This document shows, piece by piece, positions 20,111 through 26,123 of a DNA stretch of 64,000 bases. How positions within the stretch are numbered: position 1 is the stretch's first letter; every line of letters starts with the position of its first letter. The translations under genes and the position numbers were made by a program. The stretch lies in the NCBI GenBank assembly GCA_046351695.1, contig JAXLYA010000004.1:171265-235264 (forward strand), in the 5' to 3' direction. Origin of the DNA: Anaeromyxobacter sp. Its GTDB lineage: Bacteria > Myxococcota > Myxococcia > Myxococcales > Anaeromyxobacteraceae. The notes under the pieces were generated by a model. That model was given only the letters and a program-made list of their open reading frames with translations, was not told where the DNA came from and ran no database searches.

Positions 20111-20416
20111 GTGTCGGCGCGGTTCTACGCGGGCGTGTTCGGGTGGCGCTGCAAGGGCGACGGCGCGCGGCACCGCGCGTTCACCGACGCGACCGGGCAC
20201 ATGATCGGCGCGTTCATCACCGGGCGGCTGCCCACCGGCGCGCCCGGGATCCTGCCGTACGTGTACGTGCACGGGATCGACGCGGCGCTGGCGCGCGTCG
20301 TCGCGTACGGCGGCGAGGTGGTGCGCAGCCCGTATCCGGAGGGCGACCTCTGGGTCGGGACGTTCCGGGATCCGGCCGGCAACGTGCTCGGCGTCTGGCA
20401 GCACGGGCCGCGGTAG
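20111..20416 (+). CDS. VOC/glyoxalase-bleomycin-resistance family protein; N-terminus unresolved (probable frame break upstream)
   Basis: ARFYAGVFGW...GILPYVYV...GGEVV...GTFRDPAGNVLGVWQ. The same frame is open back to 20015 and encodes the first strand, GRLSYLQLPAADLAV, but has no ATG/GTG/TTG there. An ATG at 20031 sits in another frame (20031-20416 = 386 nt, 3n+2). Confidence 0.6.
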   Translation: MSARFYAGVFGWRCKGDGARHRAFTDATGHMIGAFITGRLPTGAPGILPYVYVHGIDAALARVVAYGGEVVRSPYPEGDLWVGTFRDPAGNVLGVWQHGPR

Positions 20417-20447
20417 CGCGGCCCCGCGTCCGGGCCGGCGCGCCTGC

Positions 20448-21062
20448 TCAGATCTTCCGGCCCGGGATGCCGAGCGGCTCCGCCGCGAGCTCCTTGCCGG
20501 TCTTCGCGTCGAGCAGGCGGATCGCGAAGAAGTTCGCGGCGAGGCCGCGCTGGTCGCCGAGCGTCCAGGCCTTCTTCGGCGTGAAGACGAGCTCCACGTC
20601 GACGGCGCCGCCGCGGAGCGCGGCCTCGAGCGCGGCGCGATCGGCCGCGGCGGTGTCGGGCGGGAAGTAGACCTGCGTCTCGAGGTTGCGCGTCGCGGGC
20701 TCCCCGCCCTCCTCGATCGCCTCGGGCGTGCCGTGGGTCAGCGAGGCCGGCCCGGCCGGCAGGCGCGAGGCCACGAGCAGGAAGAGCGCGTCGCCGCGGG
20801 GCACGATCCGGACGAGGCCCGCGCCGGGCACGCGCACGACCTTCTGGTGGTCGTAGGAGGACGCGAGGAGCTTCGCGACCTCCTTCTGGCAGCGGCCCTT
20901 CGTGGCGGCGCTGCCGGTGCACGGCGTCGTCGTGCGCGCGACGTACGCGGCGAGGTCCGGCACGCGGGTGGCCTTCCCGAAGAAGGACGCGAGGTCCCCG
21001 CCGCGGGCGGCGGCGGGCAGGGAGAGGGCGGCGGCGAGGAGCGGCGCGGCGAGACGGGACAT
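20448..21062 (-). CDS. Hypothetical secreted protein
   Basis: Start MSRLAAPLLAAALSLPAAARG at 21062 with GGAGG 4 nt upstream. Normal amino-acid composition and high GC3. I recognise no domain. Confidence 0.55.
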   Translation of the reverse strand: MSRLAAPLLAAALSLPAAARGGDLASFFGKATRVPDLAAYVARTTTPCTGSAATKGRCQKEVAKLLASSYDHQKVVRVPGAGLVRIVPRGDALFLLVASRLPAGPASLTHGTPEAIEEGGEPATRNLETQVYFPPDTAAADRAALEAALRGGAVDVELVFTPKKAWTLGDQRGLAANFFAIRLLDAKTGKELAAEPLGIPGRKI

Positions 21063-21142
21063 GCGGCCTCCGGGTGGAGATCGGTGCATAGCGGGCGAGC
21101 GCCCGGCATGCCAGCCGCTCGCTCGGAGCGCCGGGAGGAGGC

Positions 21143-21403
21143 CTACCGCCGCCGGTCCTCTCTGAGGAGGTCGAGGCTGTTCACGGAGAGACCGAGCGGA
21201 GGCAGCTCCCGGAGCCGTCGCTTCGCTTCGGAGAACGGCCGGAGCGCAGGGCGGACCACGAGGCCTCGCTCAGCATCACCGGGAGGCACGACGCGAGCGA
21301 TCGGCAGGCCGCGCTCGGTGACGAGCAGGGAGTCACCGCGGCTCACGCCGCGAAGGTGGCCGGAGAGGTGGGCCCCGAGGTCCGCGACATCGACGCGCTT
21401 CAT
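21143..21403 (-). CDS. Phd/YefM (prevent-host-death) family type II antitoxin, no adjacent toxin gene
   Basis: MKRVDVADLGAHLSGHLRGVSRGDSLLVTERGLPIARVVPP is a typical Phd N-terminal fold. The C-terminal tail ...LDLLREDRRR resembles VapB-type antitoxins. Start taken at the internal ATG 21403. Confidence 0.6.
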   Translation of the reverse strand: MKRVDVADLGAHLSGHLRGVSRGDSLLVTERGLPIARVVPPGDAERGLVVRPALRPFSEAKRRLRELPPLGLSVNSLDLLREDRRR

Positions 21404-21460
21404 GAGCGCATCGTCCTTCTGCCTTCCGCTCGGAGTCAAGCCGGGGAGGACGCCCCTGGC

Positions 21461-22498
21461 CTACCCCAGCGCCGCCTTCAGCATCGCGTCGTTCTCGGCC
21501 GGCGTGCCGATCGAGATCCGGATGCAGCCCTCGAGCCCCGCGTAGTGATCCTGCCGGCGCACGAGGATGCCGGCGGCGAGGAACTTCTGGTACGCGGCCG
21601 CGGCGTCGGGCGTCCGCACGAGGAGGAAGTTGCCGGCGGACGGGTAGGGCTTCCACGTCGGGTGCCGCTCGAGCGCCGCGAGCACGCGGGCGCGTTCCGC
21701 GCGGATGCGCTCGACGAGCGGCTGGACGTAGCCGGGCGCCTCTAGCGCGGAGAGCAGGATCGCGGTCGTGTGCACCGGGATGCAGAACGGCGGGATGCAC
21801 GCCCGCACGACGGACGCCACGCGCTTCGAGCCGAGCAGGTAGCCCGCGCGGATGCCGCCGAGCGACCAGGACTTCGAGAAGGTCCGGAGGATCGCGACGT
21901 GCTCGTTCGCGCGCGCGAGCGGGCGAAAGTCGGTGCCGGCGAAGGCCTGGTACGCCTCGTCGACGACGAGGAGCCAGCCCCGCTCGGCGGCGCGCGCCGC
22001 GAGCCGCTCCACGTCGGCGGCGGCGAACATCGCGCCGGTGGGCGCGTGCGGGACCGGGAGGAAGCAGACGCCGGGCGGGCCGCCCATCTCCGCGAGGAGC
22101 CCCTCGAGCGGGAGCGTGAAGCCCGGGCCGAGCGGGAGGCCCTTCCACGGCGTGCCCGCCGCGGCGGCGCCGCCCTTGTAGTACGGGAACGCCGGCACCG
22201 TATCGAGCACGCTCCGCGCCGCCATCGCGAGCGCGAGGCAGAGCAGGTTCGAGCCGGGCGCGAGCACCACGCCCTCCTCCGGCCAGCCCTCGTGCTTCGC
22301 GAGCGCGGCGCGCACGTCCTCGGCGTGCAGCTCCGGGTAGCGGTTCCAGTCGAGGTGTCCGAGCCGCTCGAGCGCCTTCGCCTTCACGGCGGGCGGGAGG
22401 TCCTCGGGGCTCTCGTTCTGGTCGAGCTTGATGCGCGCGTCGCTCTTCGCGTACGGGTAGTCCGCGACGTTCGCGAGGTGGGGCTTGAAGGCGTCCAT
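21461..22498 (-). CDS. hisC: Histidinol-phosphate aminotransferase-like class II PLP aminotransferase
   Basis: Start MDAFKPHLANV at 22498. Motifs are KLDQNESP, VVDEAYQAF and the PLP-lysine motif TFSKSWSLGGIRAGY. The upstream 78 codons of the track ORF have poor GC3 and R/G-rich composition. Confidence 0.85.
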   Translation of the reverse strand: MDAFKPHLANVADYPYAKSDARIKLDQNESPEDLPPAVKAKALERLGHLDWNRYPELHAEDVRAALAKHEGWPEEGVVLAPGSNLLCLALAMAARSVLDTVPAFPYYKGGAAAAGTPWKGLPLGPGFTLPLEGLLAEMGGPPGVCFLPVPHAPTGAMFAAADVERLAARAAERGWLLVVDEAYQAFAGTDFRPLARANEHVAILRTFSKSWSLGGIRAGYLLGSKRVASVVRACIPPFCIPVHTTAILLSALEAPGYVQPLVERIRAERARVLAALERHPTWKPYPSAGNFLLVRTPDAAAAYQKFLAAGILVRRQDHYAGLEGCIRISIGTPAENDAMLKAALG

Positions 22499-22527
22499 CT
22501 TCGAGTCCTGCGTTCCCTGCCGTGTCG

Positions 22528-22710
22528 CTACGGCTCCAGCACCGCGTTCACCACCACCGCCGCGAGCAGCCCGACGACCGCCGGGCCCGAGCCGCCTCAG
22601 GCCCCGCAGCCGAGGGCGGGCACCGCGAAGGTGATCCCGGCCCCGGCGAGCCCGGCCGCGGCGGCCATCCAGCCGCGATGCCGCATGAGCCACTCGCGCA
22701 ACGGCGTCAT
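22528..22710 (-). CDS. Candidate small (60-codon) two-TM membrane protein with in-frame TGA in a C-x-x-U context (possible selenoprotein); as a plain ORF it would stop after 37 aa
   Basis: Not in the ORF track (under 60 aa to the TGA). It reads MTPLREWLMRHRGWMAAAAGLAGAGITFAVPALGCGA-TGA-GGSGPAVVGLLAAVVVNAVLEP-TAG. 58 of 59 sense codons end in G/C, including all 22 after the TGA. It lies immediately upstream of hisC on the same strand. Confidence 0.4.
22568..22587 (-). promoter_or_regulatory. SECIS-like hairpin downstream of the in-frame TGA
   Basis: mRNA positions +10 to +29 after the UGA read GGCCCGGC-GGUC-GUCGGGCU. That is an 8-bp stem (2 G.U pairs) with a GGUC tetraloop at +18..+21. The E. 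coli fdhF SECIS apical loop is GGUC at about +19..+22. Confidence 0.35.
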
Positions 22711-22730
22711 GTCCGGTACCTATCACCTCC

Positions 22731-23171
22731 ATGGCTTACCTGCTCGTCCTCTTCGCCCTCCTCGCCGGCGTCAGCCTGCCGGTGCAGGCCGGCGTCAACG
22801 CCGCCCTCGCGCGCGGCGTCGGCCGCCCGGAGTGGGCCGGCGTCGTCTCGTTCGCGGTGGGGCTCGTCGGCATCGCCGCCTACGCGCTCGTCTCCCGCGC
22901 GCGCGTCCCGACCACCGCCGAGCTCGCCGGCATCCCGGGGTGGGCCTGGACCGGCGGCCTCATCGGCGCGTTCTACGTGACGAGCGTCATCCTGCTCACG
23001 CCGCGGCTCGGGCTCGCGCTCACGATGGGCTTCGCGGTCGCCGGCCAGCTCGTCGGGGCGCTCGTGCTCGACCAGATCGGCGCGTTCGGCCTCGACGCGC
23101 GGCCGGTCACCCTGTCGCGCGCGGTCGGCGTGGTGCTGCTCGTCGTCTCCGTGCTGCTCATCCGCCGGTAG
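22731..23171 (+). CDS. DMT-superfamily small membrane transporter (YdcZ/DUF606-like)
   Basis: MAYLLVLFALLAGVSLPVQAGVNAAL...; five hydrophobic helices in about 146 aa, the typical DUF606 layout. Confidence 0.7.
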   Translation: MAYLLVLFALLAGVSLPVQAGVNAALARGVGRPEWAGVVSFAVGLVGIAAYALVSRARVPTTAELAGIPGWAWTGGLIGAFYVTSVILLTPRLGLALTMGFAVAGQLVGALVLDQIGAFGLDARPVTLSRAVGVVLLVVSVLLIRR

Positions 23172-23187
23172 CCGGCCCGAGCCGCCC

Positions 23188-23580
23188 GTGAGCCCCGTCC
23201 GCATCGCCGCCGTCGCGACCGTCACCGCCGCGCTCGTCCTCTATGGCATCGGCACGTGGCGGGAGCGTCGCGCCGGCCGCGCGACCGCCGGCGTGCGCGG
23301 GTTCCTCTCCGCCGGCCTCGCGTGCGACGTGCTCGCGACGCTGTTCATGATCGTGGCGACCGGCGGCCTCTCCCTCACGCTGCACGGCGTCCTCGGCTAC
23401 TCCGCGCTCGCGCTCATGACGGTGGACGTCGTCCTCCTCTGGCGGCACGCGCGCGCCCACGGCGACGCGCCGCTGCCCCAGGGGAAGCGCCGGTATGCGA
23501 CGCTCGCTTACGCGTACTGGGTCTTCGCCTACGTGGCGGGGGCGGCGCTGGTCGCGTCGCGGCACGCGGCGACCCGCTGA
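23188..23580 (+). CDS. Small integral membrane protein (HsmA/TIGR03987-like)
   Basis: GTG start; AALVLYGIGTWRER...GLACDVLATLFM...LHGVLGYSALALM; four predicted TM helices. Confidence 0.5.
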   Translation: MSPVRIAAVATVTAALVLYGIGTWRERRAGRATAGVRGFLSAGLACDVLATLFMIVATGGLSLTLHGVLGYSALALMTVDVVLLWRHARAHGDAPLPQGKRRYATLAYAYWVFAYVAGAALVASRHAATR

Positions 23581-23632
23581 GCCGGCGTTTCCGGAGGCCG
23601 GAGGTGCACCGGTCGTGAGAGACTCCGGGTGC

Positions 23633-24589
23633 ATGCGCTCCGTACTTTCTCGCCTCGGCGCCTGGCTGCGCCGCGCGCCCGCGGCAGCAGACGCACCTCC
23701 CGATGGCCCATCGGCGGCGGCGGTCGAGGCGAACGACCGCGGGCACGCGGCGCGCGATGCGGACGACGTCGAGGCCGCCGTCGTGGCCTATTCCGAGGCC
23801 GCGCGGCTCGCACCGGAGTGGCACGCGCCCTGGTTCAACCTGGGGGTGGTCACGAAGCAGTCCGGCCGCTGGGACGCGTGCCGCGACGCCTGCCGCCGCA
23901 CCCTCGCGCTCGAGCCGAGCGAGGGTGCGTGGTGGAACCTCGCCGTCGCCTGTACCGCGCTCGGCGACTGGGCCGGCGCCCGCGAAGGCTGGCGCGCGTG
24001 CGGCATCGAGGTGCCGGACGGTGACGGACCGCTCGAGATGCGGCTCGGGCTCGTGCCCATCCGCCTTGCGACGAACCGGGGGGAAGTGGTCTGGTGCGAT
24101 CGCATCGATCCCGCGCGCGCCGTCGTCCGCAACGTCCCGCTGCCGGAGAGCGGGCGACGGTACGGAGACCTCCTCCTGCACGACGGCGCACCCCACGGCT
24201 CCCGCATGCTGGGGGACCGCGAGGTCCCGGTCTTCGATGAGCTGACCCTGCTCGCCGCCTCGGGCCGTTCCACGTTCGTCGTGACGACGGAGCAGCCCAC
24301 GGCGGAGGATTCGGCCGCACTCGCAGCCGCGTTCGAGGCCGCCCAGCTCCCCGCGGAGGACTGGACCACCCAGCTCCGCTTCCTCTGCAAGGCGTGCAGC
24401 GAGGGGCGACAGCACGCGGAGGGGGAGCGCCACGAGCCGGACCCAGAATGGAAGACGAGCCACGATCTGGGCGTCGCGGCCGTGAGCGTGGAGCCCGTGC
24501 TCGCGGTGCTCTCGGCGTGGGCGGAGGGCGGGGCCGGACGCGGGTACGGGCCGGTCGAGCTCGCGCTCGAGGGCGGCGCGTCGGCCTGA
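23633..24589 (+). CDS. Hypothetical protein with N-terminal TPR-like repeats
   Basis: Start MRSVLSRLGAW at 23633. TPR-like AVVAYSEAARLAPEWHAPWFNLGVV...ACRRTLALEPSEGAWWNLAVA. I do not recognise the C-terminal domain. Confidence 0.55.
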   Translation: MRSVLSRLGAWLRRAPAAADAPPDGPSAAAVEANDRGHAARDADDVEAAVVAYSEAARLAPEWHAPWFNLGVVTKQSGRWDACRDACRRTLALEPSEGAWWNLAVACTALGDWAGAREGWRACGIEVPDGDGPLEMRLGLVPIRLATNRGEVVWCDRIDPARAVVRNVPLPESGRRYGDLLLHDGAPHGSRMLGDREVPVFDELTLLAASGRSTFVVTTEQPTAEDSAALAAAFEAAQLPAEDWTTQLRFLCKACSEGRQHAEGERHEPDPEWKTSHDLGVAAVSVEPVLAVLSAWAEGGAGRGYGPVELALEGGASA

Positions 24590-24600
24590 ACTCCGCGCCC

Positions 24601-24639
24601 CGCACGCCCCGAAAGTTACGCCACTGGTGGAGCGCATGG
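24601..24639 (+). repeat. Intergenic repeat family 2, copy 1 (35/39 identical to 44929-44967); followed by a tandem 12-mer TGGTGGAGCGCA x2 (24625-24648)
   Basis: cgcacgccccgaaAgtTacGccacTggtggagcgcatgg versus cgcacgccccgaaGgtGacTccacCggtggagcgcatgg. Both copies start 10-12 nt after the stop codon of a plus-strand gene. Confidence 0.7.
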
Positions 24640-24694
24640 TGGAGCGCACGCCAGAGCCGGTCCGGTCATGCTCCGCCACCGATGGGTCCATGGC

Positions 24695-24726
24695 TTGACG
24701 GACATATGCCTGCATAGGCATATAAG
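24695..24726 (+). promoter_or_regulatory. AT-rich promoter/operator island upstream of arsR-family gene: TTGACG (-35-like) plus an 8-4-8 inverted repeat ATATGCCT-gcat-AGGCATAT, with TATAAG at its 3' edge
   Basis: Palindrome at 24704-24723, 8 nt upstream of the ATG at 24731. This is the only strongly AT-rich patch for kilobases. ArsR/SmtB repressors typically bind such inverted repeats overlapping their own promoter. Confidence 0.45.
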
Positions 24727-24730
24727 CCCC

Positions 24731-25078
24731 ATGGAATCCTCCTTCGCGATCGTCGCGGAGCCGAACCGGCGGGCGATCCTGGGCATGCTCGCCACCTCCG
24801 AGCGCTCGGTCGGTGAGCTCGAGAAGAAGCTCCGGCTCACCCAGACCTCGGTCTCGAAGCACCTGCGCGTGCTGCGCGAGGCGGGGTTCGTCGAGGTGCG
24901 GATCGACGCGCAGCGCCGCGTGTACCGGATCCGGCCGGAACCGCTCCGGGAGATCGACGACTGGCTCCAGCCCTTCCGGAAGTACTGGTCGTCCCATGTC
25001 GACGCGCTGGAGCGGCACCTCGACCGGATGGAGGCGAGGAAGGCGCAGGCGAAGGGCCAGGGAAAGGGCGGGCGATGA
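24731..25078 (+). CDS. ArsR/SmtB family winged-helix transcriptional regulator
   Basis: MESSFAIVAEPNRRAILGMLATSERSVGELEKKLRLTQTSVSKHLRVLREAGFVEVR..RRVY. ATGA overlap with the next gene. Confidence 0.85.
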   Translation: MESSFAIVAEPNRRAILGMLATSERSVGELEKKLRLTQTSVSKHLRVLREAGFVEVRIDAQRRVYRIRPEPLREIDDWLQPFRKYWSSHVDALERHLDRMEARKAQAKGQGKGGR

Positions 25079-25617
25079 CGGCGAAGGATCGAGGCGGCTA
25101 CGCGCCGGGGCCGGCCCGGGGCGCGCGCGTGGAGAAGGACGGGGACGCCTGGACGCTCGTGCTCGTCCGGGATCTCCGCCACCCGCCGGCGCTGGTCTGG
25201 GAGGCGCTGACCGATCCCACGGAGCTCGTGGAGTGGGCGCCGTTCGACGCCGACCGGAACCTCGCCGCGCCCGGGCCGGTGACCCTCTCGACGGTCGGCG
25301 CGCCGCAGCAGCAGGTCCAGGCCTGCGAGGTCACGCGGGCCGAGGCGCACCGGCTGCTCGAGTTCAACTGGGGCGGCAACGTGCTCCGGTGGGAGCTCGA
25401 GGTGCAGGGCGGCGGCACGCGGCTCACGCTCTGGCACGCGATCGACCGCCGCTTCATCGCCTGGGGCGCCGCGGGCTGGCACCTGTGCCTCGACGTGCTC
25501 GACCGGTTCCTGTCGGGCGCGCCGATCGGCCGGATCGTGGGCGCGGATGCGCTGCAGTTCGAGGGCTGGCAGCGGCTGACCACCGAGTACGCGAAGCAGT
25601 TCGAGGGCGCTCCCTGA
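25075..25617 (+). CDS. SRPBCC/AHSA1 (activator of Hsp90 ATPase homologue 1-like) family protein
   Basis: R.L.HPPALVWEALTDPTELVEWAPF...; the usual partner of ArsR-type regulators. Confidence 0.75.
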   Translation: MTAKDRGGYAPGPARGARVEKDGDAWTLVLVRDLRHPPALVWEALTDPTELVEWAPFDADRNLAAPGPVTLSTVGAPQQQVQACEVTRAEAHRLLEFNWGGNVLRWELEVQGGGTRLTLWHAIDRRFIAWGAAGWHLCLDVLDRFLSGAPIGRIVGADALQFEGWQRLTTEYAKQFEGAP

Positions 25618-25638
25618 GCGCCGGAGAGAGGTGACGCC

Positions 25639-26019
25639 ATGGACGTGTTCCTGAAGGTCGTGCAGGTCCTCCTCGCGCTCCACACGGCCATGGGCGCCGC
25701 GTGGAAGTTCACGACGCCCGTGACGGCGGTCCCGTCGCTGGCGGCGCTGACGCAGGGCGGGTGGGTCGGGCTCGGCGTCGTCGAGCTCCTCCTCGCGGTC
25801 GGCCTCGTGCTGCCCGGGCGATCGCCGGCGCTCGCCCGCGCCGCCCCGCTCGCCGCGGCCGGCGTCGCCGCGGAGATGCTGCTCTTCGTGGCGGTGAGCG
25901 TGGCCTCGGGCGCCGCCCACGCGGGGGAGCTCGGCTACTGGCTCGTCGTGGCGGCGATCTGCGGCTTCGTCGCGTGGGGCCGCGTCCACCGGGCCCCGGC
26001 GGCGGCCTCCGCGCCGTGA
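25639..26019 (+). CDS. DoxX-like small membrane protein
   Basis: Four hydrophobic helices in 126 aa: MDVFLKVVQVLLALHTAMGAAWKF...; follows the ArsR-SRPBCC pair. Confidence 0.5.
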   Translation: MDVFLKVVQVLLALHTAMGAAWKFTTPVTAVPSLAALTQGGWVGLGVVELLLAVGLVLPGRSPALARAAPLAAAGVAAEMLLFVAVSVASGAAHAGELGYWLVVAAICGFVAWGRVHRAPAAASAP

Positions 26020-26123
26020 CGCACCCGGCCAGCGTCACCTGTTCACGGTACGCGTACTTCGCGTGAGAGGCGGGCCCGGCGGGCCGCCCGGCGCTACGCG
26101 ACCCGGACACCCGGAGGCTGGCC

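Noticed and set aside
21063-21142. A PIN/VapC toxin ORF downstream of the Phd-type antitoxin
   Set aside because: The gap is only 80 nt, and all frames are closed or continue into the unrelated secreted-protein gene.
22499-22732. N-terminal extension of the hisC-like ORF (MEVIGTGHDAVARV...)
   Set aside because: Third codon positions are frequently A/T and the peptide is R/G-rich. The aminotransferase fold starts at MDAFKPHL (22498). A different frame in this interval shows the genuine coding signature (see the selenoprotein candidate).
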